Below, piece after piece: positions 14,485 through 28,036 of a DNA stretch of 64,000 nt. The notes below the pieces were generated by a model, which was not told where the DNA came from, did no database searches, and saw only the letters and a program-made list of their open reading frames with translations. Numbering within the stretch: position 1 is the stretch's first letter; each line of letters begins with the position of its first letter. The translations under genes and the position numbers were made by a program. The DNA is from Balamuthia mandrillaris (Eukaryota): NCBI GenBank assembly GCA_031835245.2, contig JAVKOQ020000005.1, positions 186,001-250,000 of the forward strand, in the 5' to 3' direction.

Positions 14485-14988
14485 ATGCAAGCGGAGCGAG
14501 AGAAGGAAGAGGAAGGGGCTGCTTCCTCCTCCTCCTCCCTTGCGGCTTCTGATGGGTTGGATGGATTTCTGATGGGCACCCCAGAAGAAAAGACCTATGC
14601 CATTCCTGCAGAGTTGAAGCAAAACATACGCGTTATGAGTGAACTGACCTCTGCCCTCACGGAGAACCTGAGACAGATGAACGCCGTCATGAGAAGGTAG
14701 GTGCCTTTCGTGTATTTTTTTTTATTGTTTAAAGTTCTTTTCCCTCGCTGAGTTCATGTGGTTATTTCTTGTGGGTTACAATAAATGTAGATCACTAGAA
14801 CACAAGCAGCAGGTAGATGAGCTTTTGATCGCATTGGTATGTTTTTTTGCTCACTCTTTCTCATCGCTACGTTTTCTCTGCTTCTTACTCTCTTTGCGCA
14901 TTTTTTTCTAATGGTATTTTAGCAACGGCACAAACAAGCCACAACAACTGCACCACCAACGAAACAGCACCACAGCCAATCTTCATGA
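14485..14988 (+). CDS. Small hypothetical coiled-coil protein (3 exons)
   Basis: MQAEREKEEEG...ELTSALTENLRQMNAVMRR / SLEHKQQVDELLIAL / QRHKQ...SQSS*. Both GT-AG introns keep the frame. Confidence 0.6.
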
Positions 14989-15046
14989 AAACCATCGTTT
15001 GTTATTCTACATTTGTTTTTCTTCAAACAAAACCCTTATTCTTCCG

Positions 15047-16540
15047 CTACTTCCATTCGAAAATGGACAACAGGCCTCTGTGATCCGATATTCTTACCAT
15101 CTCTCCCCCATCCGTACTCTTCTCATTGCTGTTGGACATTCGTCTCTTCCTCTCCTCCGCTTTCCTCGCCATCTGCTCGGCAAGGGAGCCCGCTTTGGGT
15201 TGGTTCTTCTTCTGCGAGGGAAGCACATCTTGTGGCTCGATGCGAACCGTCTTCAACGTTTGCAACGATGGTAAGATGCGAATCTCCTTCAACTTCAAGC
15301 AGCCTTTATCACCTTCTTCTTCGTTGTTGGGATGGTTCTGGAAGCAAACGCGATCCAACCTGTGATAGAGACCATAGGTTGGGCCTCTGTCGTTTGGATG
15401 AAGCTCTTTCCATGCATCCAAATAATGGTATGGCCCTGTGTTTGTGTTTTTTGTTTTAGTTTGCTCACGTTAGTCTAACACATGGGATGATAGCAAAGAG
15501 ACTGGCTACGGAGCAGTACCAATGGGAATGCCGTTAAGGCGATGAGTATCCTCGCGGAGGAACACCTCATCTTCCTCATCACTGTGAAAGTTATAGTCTC
15601 CAACAATGAGGGACGCGTCACATGTTGGTCGAAGGCCTTGCATGCAGCTCGCAATCCACTCAAACTGTTTGGCTCGCATGAGCTGGGCCGTGTGCTCGCT
15701 TTGGAGATGGCAAGTAGCTACCGCCACCACTCTTTCTTTCTCATCTTCTTCTTCTTCTCCGTTTCCTGCTTCTTTGGATGTAGATGACACAGAAGAGGAT
15801 GGACGAACACGAAATGTGGCCAAGATAACTTTTCGCTCAGAAAAGGGCATCTGCAGGCACTCCAAACTGTGAAAAGGGATCCTGGAGAAGATGCTAGTCT
15901 TATAGGTAGACATCTGCTGATCCAACGGGGACAAGTAAAAGTGCTCTCGGATGTAGTCGCACTCCTGGAAGCAAGCCATGGCTGCTGGGGTGTTCTCCTG
16001 GATGCAGAGCACATCCACCTGTTCCCTCTGGAGGATGTCCCTCACCAGCGTGTGCACCCTTTGCTGCCTGTACTTTTCGTAGATCCAAATGTTCATCGTG
16101 AAGACTCGCAAACTGGCGGTAGAAGAAGCAGGAAGAGAAGGAGGAGGAGAAGAAGAAGTGATGGAACGCCAACGAGAGGACAGGGGATCCCATCGTAAAG
16201 GCTTAAGCGGGAAGCGTTGCATGCGAGAGAGATCAACCTTTGCATTGTACGTTAAAGTGATTTCTGTAAACTCCAGTCCTGTTGTGACTTTGGCTGTTTT
16301 TTTATTAGTGGAGGAAAGAAAGAGGTGAGGCTCAACAAAAAGAAAGAAAGAAAGAGAAAAGCAAACATTTACAACAACAATCAAAGACTCCATACTTTCA
16401 ACTTTCCGAAGGATTTGTCGTTTGCCCTGCAAAGCATTGCCTAGACCCGAAGAGAGCGCAGAACCACCGCTTGTTGTTTGCTTCGTTGAAAGTGAGGGTA
16501 CAGAAGGAGGGGGCGGGGGTGGTGTCACGGAAGCTTCCAT
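15047..16540 (-). CDS. Endonuclease/exonuclease/phosphatase (EEP) family protein, TDP2-like
   Basis: LRVFTMNIW, DVLCIQE, VATCHLQS, IVGDYNF, DAWKELHP..GPTY, RLDRV, ISDHRGL. Confidence 0.88.
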
Positions 16541-16807
16541 CGCCTGCTGGCTTCGTTTGGTTGTCTTATAACGTTGTTTGTCGCATTTTTGTTTGCCTTT
16601 TTTTTTTTTTTTTGGTGAACATATATATCTTTCATCACTGAAAGCAGTGGGAGTTGAACCTGTGAACTAAATTCGTGACGACGTGATCGTGATTCTATGA
16701 TGAAAAACAAGAATTGCACTAGTGGGATTCGAACCCGCGTTAAAATCGTGACGACATGGGGGACAAGCAAGAAAAGGGAAAAGAAAAATCAGCAACGCAT
16801 AGCACAG

Positions 16808-17365
16808 ATGGAAGAAGAGACGTCTGCGGCGGCGGCATCCGTACCCCTACTACCCTTGTTGCCACCTCTACCTTTTGCTACGTGGGCCTGCGTTCCTCCT
16901 CCTCCTGCCAACCACTGCTGCTTTCCCTACCAACAGCCATGGGATGCCTTTGTACAAAACCAACCACCCTCAGCCTTCTCTGAGAGGGACATCCTCCCTG
17001 CTGACGGCGAAAACATTGATGAAAGAGAAGAAGACGAAGAAGAAGCGGTCATAGCAACACCTGAGCTCAACGCTGGAGGCGGATTCGTCCTGTCCGAAGA
17101 GGCCATAGCCATGTTCGCCAGAGGAGAAGCCCGCCGCGTGCAAGAGCGACATCAACGGCTGCAACAACAGCAAGAGGAGGCGCTGGCAGAGGAGCGAGCG
17201 GCCGCTCTCCAGGCGGAACGCCTCGAGGCGGAGGCACAGCGGCTCTACGGCCAGCAAGGCCTGCTGCGGGTGCGGGCCATGGAGGAGTCCTTGGAGCGGG
17301 ACTTCCAGCAGCAATGCGCTCGGACCAAACCTACTCTATGGCCTAATATGCCTCTTAAACTTTGA
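16808..17365 (+). CDS. GEMIN8: Gemin8-like SMN complex subunit
   Basis: FVLSEEAIAMFARGEARR and the C-terminal EAQRLYG...RVRAMEESLERDFQQQCARTKPTLWPNMPLKL match the Gemin8 C-terminal pattern (RLYG..A.KI.AME...F...C....P..WP..PLK). Confidence 0.8.
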   Translation: MEEETSAAAASVPLLPLLPPLPFATWACVPPPPANHCCFPYQQPWDAFVQNQPPSAFSERDILPADGENIDEREEDEEEAVIATPELNAGGGFVLSEEAIAMFARGEARRVQERHQRLQQQQEEALAEERAAALQAERLEAEAQRLYGQQGLLRVRAMEESLERDFQQQCARTKPTLWPNMPLKL

Positions 17366-17409
17366 ATATCTCTTTAGAAATCTTCTCTCTCTTCTCTTTC
17401 TTTTCGTCT

Positions 17410-17588
17410 TCTTGTTCTTCTTCTGCTGCTGCTTATTCTTCTTCTTGTGCTTGTGCTTGTTCTTGTTCTTGTTCTTCTTCTTGTTCTTCTTCTTGTTCTT
17501 CTTCTTGTTCTTCTTCTTCTTCTTCTTCTTCTTCTTCTTCTTCTTCTTCTTCTTCTTCTCCTCCTTCTTCTTCTCCTTCTCCTTCTTC
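17410..17588. repeat. (TTC)/(TTG)-type trinucleotide repeat between convergent genes
   Basis: Directly visible. Confidence 0.9.
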
Positions 17589-17625
17589 ACAAGAAATAGA
17601 AGGAAAGAGAAAAAAGAGAAAAACT

Positions 17626-20129
17626 TTAAAGAGACTGACAGCAATGGGTGAAACAGTGGATGGCCTCTTGGCATAGTCTCTTCCTGACTAACCGATAGAC
17701 GACCATCCATCTCTCCACCACCTTCTCCTCTTCTAGCCTAACCCGTCCTCCTCTTTCTGCTTCACCATGCTTCCCTTTCTTTCCGCTGGCTTTGGCTTCC
17801 TCTTCCAATATTCTCAACTCCTCTTCATCCTCTTGAATGGAAGTTGGTTGCTCCTCCAACCATCTTTGAAGAGCCGTTAGGAAGAACTGCAAGCCACAAC
17901 GTTGGTTCCTTTCGATCTCCTTCTCTATCACCTCCTCGTCATCCAACACTTCCTCCATCATCATCGTGCGATCATCCACAAAACCGCAGCCCAACATTCC
18001 TCCTCTTCCGCCATTTTCTTCCTCTTCTTCCTCGCTTTCGCTGTGAAGAGAAGAGAGCAACTCTTTGGTTCGGCGCTGTAAGAGATGAAGAAGATGAACG
18101 TGTTCGGAGCGGTCCTCTTTAAGACTGGCGATGATGGCGAAGAGCATCTGTCTGTTTTCGGGAGGAGCAATAGAAGAAGATGAAGGCGGAGAAGAGAGAA
18201 GTGGTCGTACGAAGAAGAGTTCTTCCATCGATGAAGAAGGAGAGGCAGAGCCATAGCCAATCATTTCCAACAGCTCCATCTTTTGCTTTCGGAAGGAGGA
18301 GGACGAATGCATGCCTTCTTTGTCTTCTTGTTTCTTCTCTCTATCTTCATCTTCTTTTCGAGTTGGTGATGAAGCCTCAACGAAGTACTTTTCTTCCCCG
18401 CGTTCGACGATACGCCCATCAACATCCACACGAAAAGCCAACTGCCGTATAGGCGGTTCCAACAGAGCAAAACCATAGTGAGACAAAAGAAGAGCGTTCT
18501 CTCCAAAGCCATAGTTGATGAAGACCTCTTCTCCCATCGCCAATACCCTCTTTTTCTTCTCCGCCTTCTTCTCGTTTTTGTTCTCGTTCATTTGCTCATG
18601 TACGTGAATGCTGATAGAGACGCCATGTGCGTTGTCTTCCTTCTGTTCATCGCCTAGAATAGGCGTACTCAACGTCATTGGCGAGTGATTGCAAAAGTCG
18701 ACCAATGGTACCAATGCCTTGCTCACCGCCTTCAACCTTTTGTCTTCACCACCAAACACAGAATAGGTGAGCACTTACTCTTTTCCTTTTCTCCTCTTCA
18801 TCTATTCCCTGCTCTCTGCTCTCTGCTCTCTGCTCTCTGCTCTCTGCTCTCTGCTCTCTGCTCTCTGCTCTCTGCTCTCTGCTCTCTGCTCTCTGCTCTC
18901 CCTGCTCTCTGCTCTCTGCTCTCTGCTCTCTGCTCTGTCCTCTCTGCTCTCTGCTCTCTGCTCTCTGCTCTCTGCTCTCTGCTCCTCTCCTCTCTCCTCT
19001 TCCTCTCTTCTCTCTCCTCCTCTCCTCTCTCCTCTCTCCTCTCCTCTCTCCTCTCTCCTCTCTCCTCTCTCCTCTCTCCTCTCCTCTCTCCCTCTCTCCT
19101 CTCTCCTCCTCTCTCCTCTCTCCTCTCTCCTCTCTCCCTCTCTCCTCTCTCCTCCTCTCTCCTCTCTGCTCCGTGCCTTTTTCTTCTCTCAACGAAATAA
19201 CTTGATAGGAGGTTACCTCGAGGGAGCTGAGGACGTTTCACGTTATGAGAGAGGATCCAATGAGCAGCCCAACAGTAGTTCATCCAACTCCTGGTGGAAG
19301 GCATGGAAGAAGGGAACAAGTCCTTCCTCACTGAGAACAAGTTGCTCTGCAGCCACTTCCATTGACGATAGAGCGGGAGGTAGTGATTCCGCACAAAGTC
19401 AAGAGCGTAAGCGCGATGCTGCGTGCCTTCCGTAAGACTGCTCTCTATCCTCCCTTGCAGCTCTTGTTCACTCTTCTCGGTGCTTCCTTCTTCTTTCTCC
19501 TCCTCCTCGCTCCACTGAAGGTGAACTCTCATAGCTGCTGCAAAGAGACCATGAACAGTGGGATCCATCACTCTGAGCCACGGTTGCCACCACTCCTCTT
19601 CTCCTTCTTTCTCTTCTGCTGTTGCGGTTGCTGCACTCCGTTGTTGTTGCTTTAAATCTAGTTTGTTCTTTTCTCTCCACAGAAATACGCGCAGCAAAAT
19701 GTCTTCATCCAGTGCAAAGACTGTTTCCTCTTCTTCTGCTCCCGTGGCATTCCTTCTGTTCTGCTTCTTCTGCTTCTTCCTGCGGCAAAGTTGTTTCAAC
19801 GCTTTGCCGACGGCAGTGGCCAAAACGGTGTTGGCATCCAAGATGAGGCGACCAGGGATGGACACCAACAAGTCTCCTTCCTTCAGCCCTCCCACACGAG
19901 TGTACAAGCCATAGCCGGCGTCCACTTCCGCCTCCGCTCCGTCTCCTTCTCCTTCGCTTTCCCTTTCTTCTTTTTTGTGCGCACCAGAACGAATGGCAAC
20001 GGTGCTGGGTTGGACGCTCACGAGAAGAGGTCTTTGGTGTTGTTGCTGTTGTTGACCTTGTTCTATCCATTGCAAGAAGTTTCGTATATTGTCTTGCGAA
20101 GAAGAAGAAGACGAAGAAGAGCACTTCAT
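17626..20129 (-). CDS. SET-domain protein methyltransferase (Rubisco LSMT/SETD3/SETD4-like), 2 exons
   Basis: NFLQWI, GYGLYT...GDLLVSIPGRLIL, WQPWL, YCWAAHWILSH, LVPLVDFCNHSP, GEEVFINYG..ENALLLSHYGF, TSIQEDEEEL. Confidence 0.88.
18808..19150. repeat. (CTCTGCT)n heptamer plus CT-rich satellite within the SET gene intron
   Basis: Directly visible. The same heptamer recurs at ~55665-55760. Confidence 0.92.
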
Positions 20130-20466
20130 TCTTTTCTTTCTTTTTCTTTTTTCGCTTTTTTTTTTAAACATTCGATTGGGACAGATCGAGATTTCATGGT
20201 AAAATCTGAAAGATGAGTGGCGGAAATGGTGAGATTGATGTTAAATGATCTACACTATAGCGTTTATTTTTTTGTTTTTGTTTTCCTTATCATTCTGTTT
20301 TCTTTTTCTTTTTCTTTTTTTTTTTTTTGTTAGCTTTTGTTTATTTTTTTGGTTTTTTTTTTTTTGTTGTTGTTGTTGTAGTTTTTATTATTATTATTTT
20401 GCCTTTTTTTTGTTTTTTATGTTTTTTGGCCACACAATTGTTAAAAAGAGGGACGACGAAGGAGCT

Positions 20467-21021
20467 CTATTGTGCTGAAATATCAAAGCGCCACACTTTG
20501 ATGGTTGTATCGAAGGAGCCGGTCACAAGCGTGTCTTCGTTGAATTGCAAAGTTCTGTGTCACACAACAGAATGATAAGCATGGGCGACAGAAAAGATAA
20601 AGACAAAGAAGATATTGAACCTAATGGAATCGGAATGTTGGGACCATTGACTCCACAGCTCTCCGGTGTTTATATCAAAGCACCCAACACTCTTATCTGC
20701 ACTTGCCGTTATCACTTTACAGCAATCATTCATGACTCCTCCTATCCATGCCCTATGGATTTTGTTTTTTTAAAAAAAAGTGAGATGAAGTTGAAAAGAT
20801 AACAAGCGTCAAAGAAAGAAAACATACGCATGCTTCTTTACTGTCCAAACGCACTCTTTAGGGCTGCGGAGGTCCCATCGTCTCAGCTGAGAGTCGGCAC
20901 AACCGCTCAGAAGCTTCTCGTCATCTGCTTGTAAGCTGTATACAGCGCTCGTGCAGCCTTCAAAGCTACTAACCTTTTTGCCGGTTCTCATGTCCCACAC
21001 TGTCATACAGTAAGAATCGAA

Positions 21022-21068
<47 letters not shown>

Positions 21069-22654
21069 AATAAAAAGAAAAGAGTGAAAGATGAAACTAG
21101 AGAATGAGAGAAACGAGAAGAGGGAAGCGAAGAAGCCAGAGCAAAAGACAAAGGGCGAGAGAAGACGAACTGATAACAACAGCATCCTGGGCACCAGTAA
21201 ACAAGACATTATTGCTATATTGAAGAGTTTCAATATATCCTCTTCATCAAAAACATGTCAATAACAGGCTGGAATGGAAAGAAAGATATAGTAATGAGAA
21301 CAAAAGCAACGTACTCATGGCCTTTAAACTCCATCTTCTCCTGAAATGTGTTCATATCCCATATCCTAGCTGTCTTTCTTCCAGTTCCAGCCACCAGTTT
21401 CTATGTTAAACCTCAGTCAGCTTCTATGAAGGTTCAATTCAGACTGCATAAGCGAAATGGATTGGGTTATCTCTACGAACCTCCTCATCGAATTGAAGAG
21501 CCCAAATGCCATCCCAACCGTTGACATGAATGGTCTTGACGCAACATTGCTCCGAACCTTCTTTTCTCAAGTCCCATACTTTAATGCTTTTATCGTCAGA
21601 GCCAGAAACGGCCATTTGTCCATGCAGAAAGACACTCCCAACCGCAGCAGAGTGACCTCTAAGCTCCTGAAGAGGAGAGAAGGAGTCGTCGCTCGTCTTC
21701 CATACTCGTACCTGTTCAAATTGAATGAGGGCCAGTTCAGGAGTTTGTTCCACTTCCAAGAGAGAAGAGAGATGAGAGAAGAGAAGAGAGAAGAGAGAGA
21801 GAGAAGAGAGATGAGAGATGAGAGAAGAGAGATGAGAGAAGGAGAACGAGAGAAGAGAACAACTTACAGTTTTATCTTGGCTGGAAGAGACCAGATATTC
21901 ATCGTTAAAATGCAAGCAATAGACCTAAACTCGAACAGTAAGCAAAACGCAACATTGAAAACAAAGTAAGTGTAAGAGAGTTACATTGTCAGTATGTCCT
22001 TCTAACGTTTGTATCTGGAAGGAACCTTTCTTCCATGGTTTTTCCAACAAATGGACTCTGTACTGACAGTTCCTCTTCCATCCTGTTCCGAGATCTAGTG
22101 ACACATTTCCTATTCGTCCTCTATTCCCAACAACATTCTTCTCCGTGACCATTGAAGAAGAAGGAGAAAGAGGTTCTTCTGTTTCAGTCATGCTGCTGTT
22201 GTTCTTTTCTTCGTCCTTCTTTTCTTCATTTTCATTTTCAACGATTGTCATGCTGTCTTGTTTGGCCTTTTTGAAGCATGATGGAGTTGACGAGGTCAAA
22301 AGCGGAGAAGGAGTTGCAGAAGCAGCTGCTGTTGAGGTTCTTCTGGAACGGATTTGTTTTGGGGAGAGAGAAGCATCCGGAGGACGAATCGTTTGAAACT
22401 TTTCCCGATAAACTTCTTTCCATAGCTTTTTGTGTTTTTTTTTTTTTTTTTTTTTTTTTTTTTGTTAATTTATTCATAGAGATAAGAAGAAGAAAAAGAA
22501 AAGCACATAAACTTACCAAATCTTCTTCTGTGAGTTCGTTCCACTTTCTGCAAACGGCAGAACAACGAGCTAGGGAAGAGGGACTGAGAAACGACAGGAC
22601 GTGAACCTGAAGCTCGTCAGGGAGAAGCTCCGAAAACAAGTCGCTGTCCGACAT
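20467..22654 (-). CDS. F-box/WD40-repeat protein (FBXW7/beta-TrCP-like architecture), multi-exon
   Basis: LPDELQVHVLSFLSPSSLARCSAVCRKWNEL (F-box), followed by repeated GH...VSGSDDKSIKVWD, TVWD, RRWD and TGSFDTTIKVW WD units. Confidence 0.93.
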
Positions 22655-22898
22655 GTTTTACGCGTATTCTTCGTAGGGTATTATGAGTGCTTGTTGTGTG
22701 GAGAGAGAAAGGCGAACAAAAAAAACAAAAAACAAAAAATAAATGGTCTGGCAAACAGTTGTTCGTTTTAGTGGTGTCAGATAGAACAAAAGGCACGTCG
22801 TTCTTGTCATTTCGGAGGCCATATAACGATAATTAAACAATTCAAAGTTTTGTTTATTAATGAATTAAACACAGCAAAATAGCGGCAAAAGGAAATGT

Positions 22899-22980
22899 CG
22901 ACAATGGCAGGATTCGAACCTGCGCGGGCAGAGCCCAACGCATTAGCAGTGCGTCGCCTTAACCACTCGGCCACATTGTC
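22899..22980 (-). tRNA. tRNA-Ser(GCT), copy 1
   Basis: Reverse complement GACAATGTGGCCGAGTGGTTAAGGCGACGCACTGCTAATGCGTTGGGCTCTGCCCGCGCAGGTTCGAATCCTGCCATTGTCG forms a cloverleaf with a long variable arm and GCT anticodon. A T-run follows downstream. Confidence 0.97.
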
Positions 22981-23342
22981 TTTGGTTGTATTTTGCACAT
23001 TCAGCTGGGATAGTAGTTCCCACACTTGCTAAACTGGCGCAGATTCTTGTGCAGAGACCGCTTTTGTGTTTTATTTGCGTTCGTATTTTGCCTTTTTTTT
23101 TGTTGTGATTGGCCTCTTGGTGGTTCGCATGGTGTGTGGCGTGAACGACTTCTCGCTCGGCATGCTTTTTTTTTTGCCTCTATTCCTTTTGGTCACTCTT
23201 GTTTGTTGTTAGCACTTGCGGTTGCGTACGAAAGCAAAAAAAGGACAAGGAAAGAAGTTTGCGAGTGACTGGGTTTTTTTTCTACGGAAATAAATAAATA
23301 CAAAAACAAGGAGGACAGAGAGAAAAAAGGAAGTTGAACTTT

Positions 23343-24115
<773 letters not shown>

Positions 24116-24213
24116 CTAAAAATAAACAGGGTTCTGATTGGTTGTTATTTTTAGAAATTAGATCATATGTCCACAAAAATATAAACAAAAGGGAACGGTA
24201 CAAAAAGAAATGT

Positions 24214-24295
24214 CGACAATGGCAGGATTCGAACCTGCGCGGGCAGAGCCCAACGCATTAGCAGTGCGTCGCCTTAACCACTCGGCCACATTGTC
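24214..24295 (-). tRNA. tRNA-Ser(GCT), copy 2
   Basis: Identical 82-nt sequence to copy 1. Confidence 0.97.
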
Positions 24296-24572
24296 TTGAT
24301 TGGAATGATAGGAAGTTTTCTAGAGATTGGGACAGCTTGGTGCCGGAAGCTCTCGAGCGAGAGTCTTAAACTCACACAAGGAAGATACTGGCGCTGGGTG
24401 GAGCTCTTAGCCATGCTCTTGTTGCTGGAGACAGACGTCTCTTAAGCCACCAAACACAGAAGCAAAACGATTCACAAAAAAAGAGATTAGCGATGGTGGT
24501 CAGCACTTGAGCCAAACCACCGCTCGTCTCATCTTTGTTATGGTATCAAAAAAAAAAAAAAACCGATGCTCT

Positions 24573-25646
24573 TCACACCTCGAGCACCATGTCCGAGTTA
24601 TACTTGCTCTCTGCCTCGTGCGGGTAGCCCATGGCATTGCTGAGGACCTTCACGCCATTGACATTGACCACGCTGGAATAGTGCGTGTGGCCGTAGGCCC
24701 AAGCCACCATCGGTGCGGATATCAGGCCCTCCGCAGCAAGGTCCGTGGCAAAGGCGCTGGAGATGGGCGAGTTGTGGTACTTGGGGTGACAAGAGTTGAG
24801 AATGGGGGCGTGGTGCGTGAGGACCACGACCTCCTCCTCCTGTTGCTTGGCTATCCGAAGGTTCTCTTCCAGCCAGGCCTTCTCCTCCGCGTGTATCTTG
24901 TTCGTGTGCTCCACTCGGAGCAGCTTTGCAAAGGGACCTCTTTGCTTCTGGGCGGCGTCCTCGTAGATGAGGCGATAGTCGTTGAGGCTGTTGGCCACCG
25001 CGCGGGTCTGTTCAGGGGTGACGTGACTCCAGAGGGTGCAGCCGAGGATGCGCACGCTGCCCTCGCCGTCCAACCACATGGACGTCCGGTCCAGGAAGAA
25101 GAGGTTGTCCTTCTCGCTGCAGACCTTCCGGACCGCCTCTTTCGTGGTCTCCATGTCCGAGGTGTAGAACTCGTGGTTGCCGCAGAGCACAAAGACCTTC
25201 TCGAACTGGGCGCTCATGCGGTGCAAAAAGGCCTTGTAGATGTAGGAGTCGGGGTACCCAATGTCACCGAGGAGGGCCAAGTAAGGGGCCAACCGAGGGA
25301 TCGTCGGTATCCGGTTGTCCCTGTGCTCCAAGTGAACGTCCGAGACGATCTGGATGCGGTAGCGCTTGCGGGGGGTGGCGGAGGAGGTGGGGGAGGGAAG
25401 CGGGGAAGCGGGGCAAGGAGAGGTGCAGGAGGAGAGGAAGAAGCTCCGCTTGGCCGCGCTGAACTCCACGTACTCCACAACGGAGGAGCAGCCGTCCTCG
25501 TCGTCGCTGTCGTCGTGAGCGTAGCCGGCCAAAGCCCGTCCGTGGTGGAACGGGTGCCTCTCGCCAAAGGGAAAGAAGGAGGAGACGGTTTGCACTTGAC
25601 CCATGGTTCGTTTGTGGCTCATTGTTGTTGTTCTCTGCTGTTCCAT
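24573..25646 (-). CDS. Calcineurin-like metallophosphoesterase, intronless
   Basis: SDVHLE, LLGDIG, GNHEFY, GCTLWS, THHAP, YGHTH, SNAMGY metal-binding motifs. Confidence 0.92.
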   Translation of the reverse strand: MEQQRTTTMSHKRTMGQVQTVSSFFPFGERHPFHHGRALAGYAHDDSDDEDGCSSVVEYVEFSAAKRSFFLSSCTSPCPASPLPSPTSSATPRKRYRIQIVSDVHLEHRDNRIPTIPRLAPYLALLGDIGYPDSYIYKAFLHRMSAQFEKVFVLCGNHEFYTSDMETTKEAVRKVCSEKDNLFFLDRTSMWLDGEGSVRILGCTLWSHVTPEQTRAVANSLNDYRLIYEDAAQKQRGPFAKLLRVEHTNKIHAEEKAWLEENLRIAKQQEEEVVVLTHHAPILNSCHPKYHNSPISSAFATDLAAEGLISAPMVAWAYGHTHYSSVVNVNGVKVLSNAMGYPHEAESKYNSDMVLEV

Positions 25647-26511
25647 CCCCCCAACAAATCAAAACAAAAAAAAATTAAAAAATGTGAGTAAAAAAAAAAA
25701 AAAGGAGTTCTCTTTCTCTCTCCTTTTACACTCTTCTCTTTTTATGAAATGAACATAAATAATGCTAACAACAAGAAGGAGAAGAAGAAGAAGAAAAAAA
25801 GTGATTCCTTAAAAATAGGAATGCAGCAGCATCATCACGCATCATCAGCAGAACAAGTATTCTGAAAGAGGAAACAGAAACAAATCAAGACATAAGCGAA
25901 AATAATTGCCATACCTATAATTATCGTAGGCAATCCGATCGATCTATTTTTTTTTTAAAATTTTTGCTTGCAGGGAGTACCGCTTTTGAGCTTGATGTTG
26001 CGTGAGGTTTTAAGGGAGGGGATCGAACGCTTTTTGTTAACGTGGGGTTTCTTGCTCGTGCGAGAAAGCTTCTTTTCTTTTCTTTGCTGTTGCTGTTGTT
26101 TAATCGTTTTGAATTGAAAAACAAAAAATAAGTTATTGAAGGAGGAAGCCTGGAAACTGTTTCAGCGCGGGCGGCTGGTTGTTGCTCCCACTTCTCCCTG
26201 AAGAAATGACGGAAAAGGGAGACATGCCCACCCCCTCCACCGTGAAACATGCTCCTTTTTCTTCCCTCAGCTAGATACAAACGGTGCAAGATTTGAACTT
26301 TTTCTTCTCCCACGATGTTCCTCTTTTCTGAATGCCAGAAGGATGTTCCTGGATCTCTGCCCATTTGGCTTTACCTTTCAAGGGTTTAGTGGGCATTCGT
26401 TTCGTTGGTAACCAGGAATACTATCCATAGGAGGATAGTCATCTATGTGAGGGTTAAGTTACTTACTAGAGGAGTTTATTTAAATAACAAAGAGAGGCCT
26501 GTGTGTGGGCT

Positions 26512-27985
26512 TTACTTGCTGCAGCGGAGGGGGCGGTCTTGGCAGTCAAGCGAGGCTTGGAGCCCGTGCTGAGCAAGCACCACCTGCGCCATTGGGTAAC
26601 GCGAGCGCAACTCCCTCAATACGCCCACCAACGCCTGAATGCTCTGCTGCACTCGCGCCTGCTCCTCTGCTGCCAAGTCCAATTGGCTTCGTTCTCCTAT
26701 GGCACTACAGAGAATCCCAAGGAGCATGCTAACATGGACCAGGAAGCCGGGCTGAAGGAAAGGCATGAACCTAGCTCCGTTCTCCGGCTTGAAGGCCTCT
26801 TCCACAGCTTGACATACCCACCATACCGCCAAGTGAGGTAAGCCTAGCAAGTCGTAGCACTGGGCTCGCAAAGAGCAAAGCACCAAGATGTTCCCAAAGT
26901 GAGAGCGACGCGGGAGAGCCAAAGGTTTACAGTCATTGTCCACTGTTGATGACGGTGATGTTGAGTTGCCGTGTGAAGGGTTTGGAGTCATACGGCTTGC
27001 TTTGCTCCATCGTCGCAGCACCTCCAATTCTTCAGCAATCAAGACAGATGATTCCTCCTCTGGTTGAGATGCTAGGCATGGTCCTGCTAACAGTTCGCGC
27101 TCCAGCCGTTCCAAAACGTTGGCAAACATGAAGAGGTCGTGCCGAAGGGATGGTGATTGTGCAGGTTGTGGTCGGTGTGATGGGCGTTGGTGCTGAGCAC
27201 TCTGTTGAATTAGCAGTTCTTCCACTCGAGGGAGGTCCTGCTGAGAGGCTGGTCTGCTTCCATTTGGCTCCGCGATTATGGATAAACCAACCATTACTGT
27301 TAGGCATATCCTACCAAAGCGTGTGATGATAGTCATTCGTTGATAGTCCTTTGCTGCAGGAAATGGATAAGCGATTCCACAGAGATAAGTGCGAACAAAG
27401 ACAACAGCAAAGCGAACCATTGGAGAATTCTTGGGCTGGAGAAGGATTAAAATGCCGGCCAAACTTTTTTTGACAGTAATAGAGCAAAGAAAGTAAGAAA
27501 ACAAAGCGGAGACATGGAAGCAAAAAAGGCATCAAAGGAAGAAGAGTACTTGAAATGGTTGAAAACCTGAGTCATTCAGAGGAAGTTGCATGAGAGACAT
27601 CAAGAGTTTTTCTCTAAAATGTTACGTTAAGAAACGATGATGAGAGAAGAAAAGCAGATGAAGGATGTACCGTTTTTCAACGTTTTTTTCATGTCTGGCA
27701 AGTGCGTACGTAGATCGAAGGTAAATAGGTGAAGTAAACAGACGCAGGTTTTTGCACATTTGACGGGCAAGAAGTAGATAGTATATACAGCGCTGCACAT
27801 CATTTGATCCCATGGCATAATAAGCTAAGGCAGTGAGGCCTTCTGCAACTGAATAGTCAGTGGAGTCAAAGAGATTGGCCGCAATAGACCTTGCTCTGTT
27901 GTAGAATTCCTGAGAGGCAGCCAGATGGCCACACATTCGCGAACCTTCAGCGATTACTCAGTAAAGCTGTCTTTTGTAACACACC

Positions 27986-28036
<51 letters not shown>

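Noticed and set aside
14485..14988. Resemblance to DASH (Dad1/Dad4) or BLOC1S2 subunits
   Set aside because: Only generic coiled-coil similarity, which cannot be assigned without a profile search.
16640..16745. Possible tRNA gene(s) suggested by T-loop motifs
   Set aside because: No acceptor stem, D-arm or anticodon arm could be built, so they are reported as lone B-boxes.
24507..25691. 394-aa plus-strand ORF
   Set aside because: Antisense shadow of the metallophosphoesterase.
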